Of a stretch of 64,000 nucleotides of DNA, positions 1 to 9,484 are shown piece after piece. Location: positions 12,580-76,579 of the forward strand of contig CAJUCD010000006.1 in the NCBI GenBank assembly GCA_910585045.1, in the 5' to 3' direction. The stretch comes from an uncultured Bacilli bacterium. GTDB lineage: Bacteria > Bacillota_I > Bacilli_A > RF39 > UBA660. The position numbers were made by a program, and so were the translations under genes. Every line of letters starts with the position of its first letter. The stretch's first letter is position 1. Below the pieces are notes generated by a model, which did no database searches, was not told where the DNA came from, and was given only the letters and a program-made list of their open reading frames with translations.

Positions 1-993
1 ATAATGAATGATGATTCTAAAAGAGTAGCCTTTTTAAGACCAAAAATTATTAGATGTATTCAAAATTTTATGGATAATAAAGGTTTTACAGAAGTAGAAA
101 CTCCAATATTATCTACACTTCTTACAGGAGCTAGTGCAAGACCATTTATAACTCATCATAATGCTCAAGATTTAGATATGTATCTTAGAATTGCTTTAGA
201 GCTACCACTTAAAAGATTATTAGTTGGAGGAATGGAAGCAGTTTATGAAATTGGCAGAGTATTTAGAAATGAAGGTATGGATCCTAAACATAATCCAGAA
301 TTTACGTTAATGGAAGCTTATTTGGCTTATAGTGATTTGGATGGAATGATGGATTTAACAGAGAATATGTTTCAAACAATAGCAAAAAATGTTATGGGTA
401 AAATGACTTATAATTTTGGTGGATATGAGATTAACTTAGAAGGACCTTGGGCTCGTGTTAGTATGACTGATGCTATAAAAAATGCTACGGGTATTGATTT
501 TAAGAAAGAGATGACAGTAGATGAGGCGCTAGAGTTAGCACATGAACATCATATTGAAGTACAAGACCATGAACATAGTGTTGGTCATATAATAAATTTA
601 TTTTTTGAGAAATATGTCGAAGAAACATTAATTCAGCCTACATTTTTATATGGGCATCCAATTGAAATTTCTCCACTTACTAAAAAGAATCCTGAAGATC
701 CAAGATTTGTGGATAGATTTGAGTTGTTTATTGCAGGTAAAGAATTTGCGAATGCTTATACGGAATTAAATGATCCTATTGATCAATTAGAAAGATTTGA
801 AGAACAGTTAAAAGAAAAGAATTTAGGTAATGAGGAAGCTAATGATATTGATATGGATTTTATAGAAGCTTTAGAGTATGGCATGCCACCTGCTGGAGGT
901 ATAGGATATGGAATTGATAGACTTTGTATGTTGTTTTTAGAGCAAGAGTCTATTAGAGATGTATTGTTATTTCCAACAATGAAAAGTAGATAA
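1..993 (+). CDS. lysS: lysyl-tRNA synthetase (class II), C-terminal ~330 aa; 5' end lies outside the window
   Basis: Class II aaRS motifs 2 and 3 (FRNEG; [13 protein letters not shown]) and LysRS-type catalytic core (ELNDPIDQ); ORF runs to the window edge. Confidence 0.9.
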   Translation: MMNDDSKRVAFLRPKIIRCIQNFMDNKGFTEVETPILSTLLTGASARPFITHHNAQDLDMYLRIALELPLKRLLVGGMEAVYEIGRVFRNEGMDPKHNPEFTLMEAYLAYSDLDGMMDLTENMFQTIAKNVMGKMTYNFGGYEINLEGPWARVSMTDAIKNATGIDFKKEMTVDEALELAHEHHIEVQDHEHSVGHIINLFFEKYVEETLIQPTFLYGHPIEISPLTKKNPEDPRFVDRFELFIAGKEFANAYTELNDPIDQLERFEEQLKEKNLGNEEANDIDMDFIEALEYGMPPAGGIGYGIDRLCMLFLEQESIRDVLLFPTMKSR

Positions 994-1005
994 AATAATA
1001 AATAT

Positions 1006-1050
1006 AGATTATTATGAATTTGTTTTTGTAATAATCTTTTTAATTTTTTA
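1006..1050 (+). terminator. possible rho-independent terminator after lysS
   Basis: 9-bp inverted repeat agattatta/taataatct followed by a T-rich run; the loop is large, so this is weak. Confidence 0.35.
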
Positions 1051-1169
1051 ATTATTTTTATATTTTGTTAAAGCAGTTAATAATATTTTCACAAATATTT
1101 CACTAAAAAAATTATATTTTCTCTTTAATTTCAAATATTTTGTGTTATAATTTTATAGGAGGGAAATTT

Positions 1170-2585
1170 ATGAAGAAAAAAGAAAAGAATCATGGTTTAT
1201 TAAAAGCTATTATTTTATGTTGTGTTATTGCATTTGTGTTGACATGGATTATACCTAATGGTGGACTTGCAACATCAACATCAATGAAAAGATTGGGATT
1301 AACTGATTTATCATTTGTTTTTTATCATGCTTTATATTATAGTTTAGATAAAATAATTCTTTTATTTACTATTGGTGGTTTGTATGGAGTATTAACTAAA
1401 ACTAGTGCTTATGATAAATTAACTAGTAATATTGCTAAGAAATTATCAAAGCATAAAACTTTATTTGTAGTATTAGTTTCAGTATTAATAGCATTATTAA
1501 CAAGTGTTATCGCTCAAGGTTATGTATTGATTATCTTTATTCCATTTATTATTTCTATAATGAATAGAATGAAATTAGATAAAATAACTGTATTATCTGC
1601 GACATTTGGTGCGCTATTAGTTGGAACTATGGGTGCTACTTATGGTAGTGAAGGTGTTGTTTATTTAAATCAATATTTTATTGGTACTACACCTAATATT
1701 TTAAAAGATACTTTACTAGTTAGAGCAGGAATTTTATTAGTAGGTTTGGTGTTGTTTAATTTCTTTACAGTTATGCATATGAAAAAAACAACTGACAATA
1801 ATGAAATTGTAGAAGATATATTTTTAGAAGAAAAAGAAGATGAAAGTAAAATTAACACATCTTTACCTATTGTAGTGATTTTAGGTTTAATGTTTATTAT
1901 TACTATTTTAGGTTATGTAAATTGGGCAGATAATTTTGGAATTGAGATATTTAATACATTCCATGAAAAATTAACAACAATTGAAGTTGGTAAAGGGTTC
2001 TTCTTATTTAAGGATCTTCTTGGAACACAACCTGAAGCTTTAGGAACTTGGGAATTAGTATTTTCAATGGCATCTATTGTTTTGATATTTACAGTGATTT
2101 TAGGTTTATGCTATAAGTTTAAATTAGATGAATTTTTTGATGCATACATAAGTGGAATGAAAAAAGTTTTAAAGCCTATCGCTTGTGTTGTTGCAGCTTG
2201 GGTGCTTATGGTAATAGTTTATTTATCACCTTATGTGGCAACAATCATTGGTAAAATTTTAGGTTTAACTGATGGCTTTAATTTAGCTACTATGACATTG
2301 TCTGGTTTAATTACAAATATTTTCCATACAGATTTAGGTTTTTCAGGTTATATTTTAAGTTCTCATTTAGTGGCAGAATATGCTGATCATATTAAGCCTA
2401 TTTATATTATGTTAGTGTCTTTATATGGTTTTGTTCAATTCTTTATACCTACAAGTGCTATTTTAGGTATAGGTGTTACATCTTTAAATGTTAAATATAA
2501 AGATTGGCTAAAATATATTTGGAAATTTGTCTTAGGCATGTTTGTTTGTTTAATAGTAATTTTTGCTTTACTAACAATTATTTAA
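1170..2585 (+). CDS. polytopic membrane transporter, YfcC-like putative ion/amino-acid transporter family
   Basis: About 12 predicted TM helices; N-terminus ...LTWIIPNG resembles YfcC-family proteins; GGAGGG RBS 6 nt before the ATG at 1170 (the ORF track's 1140 start is probably too early). Confidence 0.5.
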   Translation: MKKKEKNHGLLKAIILCCVIAFVLTWIIPNGGLATSTSMKRLGLTDLSFVFYHALYYSLDKIILLFTIGGLYGVLTKTSAYDKLTSNIAKKLSKHKTLFVVLVSVLIALLTSVIAQGYVLIIFIPFIISIMNRMKLDKITVLSATFGALLVGTMGATYGSEGVVYLNQYFIGTTPNILKDTLLVRAGILLVGLVLFNFFTVMHMKKTTDNNEIVEDIFLEEKEDESKINTSLPIVVILGLMFIITILGYVNWADNFGIEIFNTFHEKLTTIEVGKGFFLFKDLLGTQPEALGTWELVFSMASIVLIFTVILGLCYKFKLDEFFDAYISGMKKVLKPIACVVAAWVLMVIVYLSPYVATIIGKILGLTDGFNLATMTLSGLITNIFHTDLGFSGYILSSHLVAEYADHIKPIYIMLVSLYGFVQFFIPTSAILGIGVTSLNVKYKDWLKYIWKFVLGMFVCLIVIFALLTII

Positions 2586-2608
2586 GAAAGCTTTTTAGCT
2601 TTCTTTTT
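2586..2608 (+). terminator. rho-independent terminator
   Basis: gaaagct-tttt-agctttc hairpin followed by TTTTT immediately after the stop codon. Confidence 0.6.
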
Positions 2609-2634
2609 GTGCTTTTAGTAAGGAACAATTTATA

Positions 2635-2663
2635 TTGAAAAAATGCGATTAACATGCTATAAT
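2635..2663 (+). promoter_or_regulatory. sigma-A type promoter of the Tad-like operon
   Basis: TTGAAA (2635-2640), 17-nt spacer, TGcTATAAT extended -10 (2655-2663), about 25 nt upstream of the GAGGT RBS and ATG at 2689. Confidence 0.55.
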
Positions 2664-2688
2664 CTTAGATATGAGGTTGGTGTATACT

Positions 2689-3435
2689 ATGAAAAAAATT
2701 GGAGGTATCGGGGTAGCCTTAATTGTATTTTTTGCAAGTTTAGGGTTAGCTAAAGCAACTTGTGATACGACAGAAATGAATAGGTTACGGAGTTTAGCAT
2801 CTAATGTTAAAACAAGTTATAAAGAGGTTTTTGAACCAATGGAGGATGGTACTTTTACTCCGCCAGATGGTCTTACTGATGAGATGATAGAAGACTATGT
2901 GGCTTATAGAACTTTGTTTGAGGTTTATATTACAAATCTTACAGAGGATTTATATATAGAAGTAAAAGATACAATTAGTGGTAAAACTACTAAGTATACT
3001 TATAAAGATTCTAATAATGGTACAATAACTATTAAGAATTATAATATAGAGGTTATAAATAAATATACAATAAGTATTTATACAACTAATACAGATTGTT
3101 CTAATTCTAAATTAAGAACGATTGAAACTAAGACACCAAGATTTAATAATTATAGTGCTTTAGATTATTGTCAAAATAATAAAGAATATTATATGTGTCA
3201 TATGTACGTTGATTATGATTTGCCACCTATGGAAGATTTTGTGAAAAAAATTAACAAGTACATAACTGATAAAGAAAAAAAACAACAACAAGAGGAAGAG
3301 GATAAAAAGAATCAAGGATTTATAGAATTTTTAAAAGAGAATAAATCAACTATTATAATTGTGTCATCAGTTATAGTTGTTGCAGGGGTAGGGGCTACCG
3401 TTGTGATTATTAGAAGACGGAGGAGAGTAGTATGA
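2689..3435 (+). CDS. secreted protein with signal peptide and C-terminal TM anchor plus RRRRR tail; first gene of the Tad-like operon
   Basis: N-terminal signal peptide (MKKIGGIGVALIVFFASLGLAKA); C-terminal hydrophobic helix followed by RRRRRVV; no LPXTG; stop overlaps the next start; the ORF-track start at 2671 is replaced by the RBS-supported ATG at 2689. Confidence 0.65.
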   Translation: MKKIGGIGVALIVFFASLGLAKATCDTTEMNRLRSLASNVKTSYKEVFEPMEDGTFTPPDGLTDEMIEDYVAYRTLFEVYITNLTEDLYIEVKDTISGKTTKYTYKDSNNGTITIKNYNIEVINKYTISIYTTNTDCSNSKLRTIETKTPRFNNYSALDYCQNNKEYYMCHMYVDYDLPPMEDFVKKINKYITDKEKKQQQEEEDKKNQGFIEFLKENKSTIIIVSSVIVVAGVGATVVIIRRRRRVV

Positions 3436-6400
3436 AAAGATTACTTAAAAGTTTTGGTTTAATTGTATTATTATTCTGTTTAACATTTTTAGAAGATGTA
3501 AATGCAGCTTCAGTTACAGTTGGAGGTTATACTGCAAATGATCCTTATAGTGGAACAGCAACTACAGGGACTAAATCATCTTCAAAGTATGCTTTGAGTG
3601 GAGTTCCTAGTAAAGCAGTTCTTAATACTCCTGGTGGGGCAAGAAGTAATTTACAATATTATTTGCATAACTTAAATGGTAAAGAAATTTATTGTATGGA
3701 TGCAGCATTAGCTTCAACTAATAAAGGATTATATGCTGGTCGTATTTTGTTTTATGAACAAAATACTTTAGAGAAAGCAGCAATAGATTCATGGACTTAT
3801 ATGTATGATATTTCTTTAATGACTGCTTTGATTAGTGGTGGTTATGCTGATTATTTCCAACATAGTTTGGCTGTTCGTACAGTATCAGCTGCTTGGGGTG
3901 CTTTACAATGGAGTACTAATAGTGATGATAAGATTCAAAATAGCGCAGCTAATAATTATTCACGTGATCAAATGTCAGCTTTTTATGGAACAGCTTATAA
4001 GTGGATACAAGAAGATTCTGAAATTCAAGAATATATTGATACAATAAATAAAGCATTACCTTCTGCAAAGGTTGGCTCTCAGTTATCTGGATATTCTGGT
4101 TATTATTGGACTGGTAATTTGGATGGAGCTAAAGCAGCATTTAAAGCAGCATTAAAAGCTTCAGCTGATCATGCATCTAAATTAGGTGGTAAATCTAATA
4201 TTAAATTTGGTACACCGATTCCAGATAGTAAAGTAGAAGAAACAGAAGATTCTAATGGTACTTTAGTTAAAAAACAAATTGAATTTAAGGCAACAGTTGA
4301 AGAATTTAAACAACAAGATGATAATCCTGCTATTTTTAAAATAGATAGTATAGCATTTGATGGTGGTTATAGTATATATGGAGCTTTAAAAGAGCCTCAA
4401 TTATCTTATGTTTCTATTGCAGGTAATACTATTTGTGAGGGTGCAGAGATTTGTGCAGCTTTTGTAGGACGCAATCTTTTAGAAGGTCTAGATTTACCAG
4501 AAAAGTTTGAAATTGTAATTAAAGTTCAAGTTGAGGGTTATAGTAAAGTTAATAATTCTGGAACTCCAATGTTAAACTGTGGAAAGCAACCTATGCCTTA
4601 TACAATAAAATATAGTTATGGTGGTGGTGGATTTAATTCTACTGGTACTAAGAGTGAGTTAGAAAATAATATTGCAATTGTTTGGCGTAATCAAAGTGAT
4701 GCTAAAGATATGCAAAGATTTGTTAGCTATGAAGGAAAACATACTCCTGATGGTTCTGGAGATGATGAGAATAATGATGAATTAACTCCAGGGGAATTAA
4801 AAGGTGAAGTTAGTTTAGTTGAAGATTGTGATTGTGATGAATTAGCAGAAGCTTGTATAGCTACTAATGATAAAAATAGTGATCCTTGTCAACAATTTTT
4901 CGATGCTGGTTGTGATGAGTGTGATGAATTAGAAGTTTTATGTGAATTAGGTGATCAAGCAGCTTGTGATCAATATGATAAAGAATGTAAAAAAATACCT
5001 GAGGATGCACTTTGCCCAACAGGAAAAACTGAAATTACAGAGTGTTGTGATGAGGCAGGAGACTTATTAATTATTGATGGAACTAATGGTTCAGGTTTGA
5101 TGGATGATCCTTATGAAATTCATGGTAATAAAGTAGAAGATATAAAATTATGTTTTGTCGATTATATAGAGGATAATAAAGATCCGATAGATGAAAAAAA
5201 TAATAAATATCAAATGTTAACTGATGATAGAGTAGTTGGAAATCCTTATTGTAAAGTTAATTGTCGTGAGGATTACGCGATAACATTCCCAACTGCTAAA
5301 AGAGTAAATGCTGGTAGATATTTTACTTTCCAAGCTAAAATGGAATCACATAAACAATGTTTTACAAGTAAAATTGATAGAGAACAGTATATTGAAGATA
5401 TGGTTAATTATTTGAAGGCGATAGAGCAAGCTTATAATACTTATCAAGAATATTATAGAGCATGGGAATTATCTGTTCCAAATCCTTCTATTCAAATTCC
5501 AACTGGATGTCAAAATGGAACTGCAGATACTTGTGCGACTATTACAGATATAGCTATTCCTGTTCAAGATGGTGGATCAGCTGGTGTGTCTGGTAATTAT
5601 ACATATGTTGGTTTGCGTTTTGATATTGATGAAGAACGTGGAGAGTTAAAGTCACCACCAACTCCTGAAAATAGAAATGCAACTCATACATTACATACTA
5701 TTTGGGGACCTGCTACTGTGTGTACAGGACAATCGTGTTATATTGATAAATTTGGAAATAAACATTGTTCTCCATGTGACGTGGCAGTTTATCCAAATTA
5801 TGAAGAAAAAACAGAACAAGATTTTAAAGATGATATGGAAAAGGTTTATACTCAAGCTAAGAGTGATTATGAATCTGCTATTCAAGGATTAAAAGAGGCA
5901 ATTAAAAACTTTAAAGGATGTAGCGAATGGGAGACTGATTATAAACCAGATCCAGAAGTAAAATACGATTATGAAGAAGATTATAGAAGTATGGCTGGAA
6001 TGCCAATTGATATGGATGGTTCATATGATGTTGAAGAAACAACTTATTCTTATTGTAGTCAAGAGTGGACTAATGATGTAACTGTTGATGTAGATAAAAC
6101 TTATGAATCATGTAAGGGTGGTTCAGGATTTAGTAGTGATACAAAGGAATCATTGTTATATATTGAAAGCTGTAGTTTAAATGGTTATAACGGTGGTTGT
6201 GTATCTTATAAAGATAATATGTCAAAAGCAATATTTAAAAAGTCAAATGCTGATGCAGCAGGAGAATATAAGCCACAAAGTATTTTCTGGAATATATATC
6301 CAGATGGAAATATTATTACTAATGGTAATACAAGTAATGGAGTATTACTTGAAGAATCATTGCCAGTAGCTCTTGATACTCGTAAAGGTGTTCATGAATA

Positions 6401-7160
6401 TAATGTTGTTGTTAATAATATTGGTGAATTTTATAAAGATGGAACACAAGGTAGATTTGTAGGAAGTAATGGTATTATTGATACTGAAATCAATTATGTT
6501 TGTTCTTATTTAGTAAATATACCTGATGCTGTTATGACTTGTGATTCAAATGGTTGTGAAGGACCAAATTGTACAAATGATTGTGTTGGACCAAATTGTG
6601 ATGACTTCGAGTGCGAAGGTGAAAATTGTGTTTCTGATTGTGTAAGTTCTGGATGTATGTATGATAAAGATTCAGGTTTAACTTATTATGAAAAAGAAGT
6701 AACTCTTGGTAATTTATTCCCTCAAGGAACAGCTGCTTCAAACTGGGATTCTAGTCAAAGCTCAAAAGCAGCCGCAACAATTAAAGAAATTGAATCTGGT
6801 GATGGAAGTTTAGATAATCCAGGAGGAAATGCTATTTTTGATCAAGAACCAATTTTAAGTATTACATTTACACCATCTATTTCTCAAGCAATTCTAAAAT
6901 ATAATGAAGATGCTGAGAGTGATGGTGGGTATTCTAATAAAACAGTTTATTGTAAAGATGTTGGTGGATATGAAAAAGTTGGATGTTACAGCGAATTTAT
7001 GGATGATTTCATAGATGGTAATATTAATGGTGTAAGTACTGCTGATTCTATTAATTCTAAAAGTTTAATTGGAAAAGATAGATCTTATCGAAGTAGTGTT
7101 GATAAATATTTCCAATTATGGGGTGCTATTAGTGATAAAATAGGCCCATCTTGGAAATAA
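3432..7160 (+). CDS. giant (1242 aa) secreted cysteine-rich acidic protein; candidate substrate, adhesin or tip protein of the Tad-like system
   Basis: Signal peptide ...EDVNA/AS; more than 60 Cys in clustered CxC, CDxC and CxGPNC modules (e.g. DCDCDELAEAC..., CDSNGCEGPNCTNDCVGPNCDDFECEGENC); no TM or anchor; GGAGGAG RBS; 4-nt overlap with the upstream gene. Confidence 0.85.
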   Translation: MKRLLKSFGLIVLLFCLTFLEDVNAASVTVGGYTANDPYSGTATTGTKSSSKYALSGVPSKAVLNTPGGARSNLQYYLHNLNGKEIYCMDAALASTNKGLYAGRILFYEQNTLEKAAIDSWTYMYDISLMTALISGGYADYFQHSLAVRTVSAAWGALQWSTNSDDKIQNSAANNYSRDQMSAFYGTAYKWIQEDSEIQEYIDTINKALPSAKVGSQLSGYSGYYWTGNLDGAKAAFKAALKASADHASKLGGKSNIKFGTPIPDSKVEETEDSNGTLVKKQIEFKATVEEFKQQDDNPAIFKIDSIAFDGGYSIYGALKEPQLSYVSIAGNTICEGAEICAAFVGRNLLEGLDLPEKFEIVIKVQVEGYSKVNNSGTPMLNCGKQPMPYTIKYSYGGGGFNSTGTKSELENNIAIVWRNQSDAKDMQRFVSYEGKHTPDGSGDDENNDELTPGELKGEVSLVEDCDCDELAEACIATNDKNSDPCQQFFDAGCDECDELEVLCELGDQAACDQYDKECKKIPEDALCPTGKTEITECCDEAGDLLIIDGTNGSGLMDDPYEIHGNKVEDIKLCFVDYIEDNKDPIDEKNNKYQMLTDDRVVGNPYCKVNCREDYAITFPTAKRVNAGRYFTFQAKMESHKQCFTSKIDREQYIEDMVNYLKAIEQAYNTYQEYYRAWELSVPNPSIQIPTGCQNGTADTCATITDIAIPVQDGGSAGVSGNYTYVGLRFDIDEERGELKSPPTPENRNATHTLHTIWGPATVCTGQSCYIDKFGNKHCSPCDVAVYPNYEEKTEQDFKDDMEKVYTQAKSDYESAIQGLKEAIKNFKGCSEWETDYKPDPEVKYDYEEDYRSMAGMPIDMDGSYDVEETTYSYCSQEWTNDVTVDVDKTYESCKGGSGFSSDTKESLLYIESCSLNGYNGGCVSYKDNMSKAIFKKSNADAAGEYKPQSIFWNIYPDGNIITNGNTSNGVLLEESLPVALDTRKGVHEYNVVVNNIGEFYKDGTQGRFVGSNGIIDTEINYVCSYLVNIPDAVMTCDSNGCEGPNCTNDCVGPNCDDFECEGENCVSDCVSSGCMYDKDSGLTYYEKEVTLGNLFPQGTAASNWDSSQSSKAAATIKEIESGDGSLDNPGGNAIFDQEPILSITFTPSISQAILKYNEDAESDGGYSNKTVYCKDVGGYEKVGCYSEFMDDFIDGNINGVSTADSINSKSLIGKDRSYRSSVDKYFQLWGAISDKIGPSWK

Positions 7161-7176
7161 GGAAGGAGTGTAATAT

Positions 7177-8625
7177 ATGAATACTTCTTATTGGGGGTAT
7201 TGGTTAGTTGCAATGGGTGTTGCTATTGTTGGACTGATGATTTCAGTACAAGGTATTACAACTAATACAGCTCAAAATTATTATGGTTTAAAAGAGGTGG
7301 TAGATGCATCTATGTTAGAGGCTATAGATGCAGCCTACTATCGTGATTATAATGAAGTTAAAATTGATAAAGAAAAATTTATGGAAGTTTTAATTAGAAA
7401 ATTGCCAACTTTTATAGGAGTAAATGAAACATATGAGCTTAATTTTTATGCTTTATATGAAGCTCCGCCTAAAGTTAGTGTAGAGATTAAAACTCATAGT
7501 GGAACTAGTTTTGTAAGTTCTAAAGATTATGATACTGTTACAAGAGTTAGTGCAGTATTACAAGTATTTAATAAAATTGATAGTGTTGGTATAGCGGATG
7601 GTGGAAGTGGTAGTTCTGGTAGTGGCGGAACTACTTCTAAACCAAGCAATGGTTCTACTAGTAATGGTAATGGTACCAATAATGGAACTGTAAATAAACC
7701 TGATACTCCTGTTGGAGGGGAAACATCTGGAAGTGGCGATGATGAAACATGTAAGTCTGGTATAACTTCTAATGAATTAAGCGGAATGCATGGAACTGCA
7801 ATGGTTGCTAAAGCTATTTATGAAAAAGCGGATTTTAAAGAAACTAGTAGAAGTGCTACACCAGGTGTTAAATTTGATATTTTAGGTGAAAATGGAAATA
7901 ATTGGGCTATTCAATATGATGGCAAATGTGGCTGGGTAGATAGCAATTATATGGCTATTAATATGGCTGAGTATATACCTAATGTTGAATTTAATATTAC
8001 TAATGCTTCGTCAAGTATTTATAAGTCTTCTGAAAAGAATATTCCTGGTTTGACAGGACAAAAACTTTATAGTAGCGAATATACTAATAGTTGGGTTCCA
8101 GGTACATTTAGTTTTGCAAAGAAATTAAAAGTAGCAGCAGCTAATGCAAAAGCAGCTGGAGATACAATTGTTGTAAATGATGCTTATAGACCAACTTCAG
8201 TTTCAAGTTTTGCTAATCAAAAATTAAAAGCATTATATAATAGTGATTCTGTTGTTCGTGAGAATATAGAGTTTAGTGTTGGTGAAAGCCTTAAGAAGCA
8301 TTCTTGGGGAATCAGCTGGTTTTTAGCTCAAAATTTATCTACACATAATACTGGTTGTGCAGTTGATGCATCTTTAAAGGGAAAAGCAATGCCTACAGCT
8401 ATGCATGAGCTTAGTACAAAAGCGATAAAATATTGGGGTCCTAGTACTTCTCATGAATCAAAAAATTATTCTGTCGGAATGAAGAATAATGTTCATGCTC
8501 AAGATTTAAGTAGATATATGATGAGTGCAGGTCTTACAGATTTAGCTTCAGAATGGTGGCATTATCAAGATAGTGCTTGTCATTCAAAGATTGGTAGTGG
8601 AGCTAATTTCTGGAGTGCAGTGTAG
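7177..8625 (+). CDS. membrane-anchored peptidoglycan hydrolase: N-terminal TM, G/S/T/N-rich linker, SH3b-like domain and M15 (VanY-like D-Ala-D-Ala carboxypeptidase) domain
   Basis: N-terminal TM helix; low-complexity GGSGSSGSGGTTSKPSNGSTSNGNGTNNG; SH3b-like GVKFDIL...WAIQYDGKCGWVDSNYM; M15 signature S-x-H-x-x-G-x-A-V-D (STHNTGCAVDASL); GGAAGGAG RBS. Confidence 0.75.
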   Translation: MNTSYWGYWLVAMGVAIVGLMISVQGITTNTAQNYYGLKEVVDASMLEAIDAAYYRDYNEVKIDKEKFMEVLIRKLPTFIGVNETYELNFYALYEAPPKVSVEIKTHSGTSFVSSKDYDTVTRVSAVLQVFNKIDSVGIADGGSGSSGSGGTTSKPSNGSTSNGNGTNNGTVNKPDTPVGGETSGSGDDETCKSGITSNELSGMHGTAMVAKAIYEKADFKETSRSATPGVKFDILGENGNNWAIQYDGKCGWVDSNYMAINMAEYIPNVEFNITNASSSIYKSSEKNIPGLTGQKLYSSEYTNSWVPGTFSFAKKLKVAAANAKAAGDTIVVNDAYRPTSVSSFANQKLKALYNSDSVVRENIEFSVGESLKKHSWGISWFLAQNLSTHNTGCAVDASLKGKAMPTAMHELSTKAIKYWGPSTSHESKNYSVGMKNNVHAQDLSRYMMSAGLTDLASEWWHYQDSACHSKIGSGANFWSAV

Positions 8626-8637
8626 AAGGAGGATAAA

Positions 8638-9450
8638 ATGGGAAATATAGTAACGACTTTTAAAAGATTCTTGTCAAATAAGAATACTGTTACAATAATT
8701 GGTGTAATGCTAGGAATAGTAGTACTTTATGTTGGTTATAACTATAGAGTTAATCATGCTATTGAGACAGTTTCAATTCCTTATGCTAAACAGTCAATTA
8801 AATCAACAGAGCAGATTACTCAGGATTTAATTGGTACAACTGAGGTTCTTAGATCTCTAGTTACAAGTAATAAAAATTTATTATCTCGTACTAATCAGGT
8901 GATAAATTCAACTGCACCTTTTTGTGTAAATGTTGGAACTAGTGTACCACAAGGAGCTTTCTTTTATAATGAGCAAGTTCTACCTTGTAAAGGTATAAAT
9001 AGTAATGCTTTAAAGGATATGCCAGATGGTTATAAAGCAGTTGCTCTTAATGTAGATCTTCAATCAACTTATGGTAATTCAATGTACCCTGGAGATTATA
9101 TTGATTTATATGTAAAAATGACAAGTGATGAAGGTAAAATTATATATGGTGAATTTATAACAAAATTACCAATTTTGGATGTACGTGACAGTAATGCTAA
9201 AAGTTTATTTTACGGATCATCTGTTAGTGGAACTCCAGCATTATTATTGTTTGCAGTTCCTCAAGAATTATATTTATTAATTAGTAAAGCTAATTATGTA
9301 GGTAGTGTAGAGTTGGTTCCAGTTCCTGGTAATGCATCTTATACTAGCGCACCAGGTGAAACAGCAGTTAAAAGCGAGTATTTAAGAAATCAAATTCTTG
9401 ATTATACTCAAGATATTCCTGATGAAGTTATACCTGATAGTGTTTCATAA
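8638..9450 (+). CDS. CpaB/RcpC-like pilus-assembly protein (N-terminal TM plus SAF-like domain)
   Basis: Single N-terminal TM; region VSIPYAKQSIKSTEQITQDLIGTTEV resembles the CpaB SAF-domain start; sits immediately upstream of the CpaF-family ATPase. Confidence 0.45.
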   Translation: MGNIVTTFKRFLSNKNTVTIIGVMLGIVVLYVGYNYRVNHAIETVSIPYAKQSIKSTEQITQDLIGTTEVLRSLVTSNKNLLSRTNQVINSTAPFCVNVGTSVPQGAFFYNEQVLPCKGINSNALKDMPDGYKAVALNVDLQSTYGNSMYPGDYIDLYVKMTSDEGKIIYGEFITKLPILDVRDSNAKSLFYGSSVSGTPALLLFAVPQELYLLISKANYVGSVELVPVPGNASYTSAPGETAVKSEYLRNQILDYTQDIPDEVIPDSVS

Positions 9451-9484
9451 ATAAAAGAATAAAGAATAAGGGAGGTGTTCATAA

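Noticed and set aside
3835-6741. Several 60-70-aa ORFs on both strands inside the 1242-aa gene (3835-4047, 5677-5892, 5691-5885, 6181-6369, 6532-6741)
   Set aside because: They are embedded in a long gene with signal peptide and RBS. Their Ile/Leu/Asn-rich frames are typical alternative-frame noise in AT-rich DNA.
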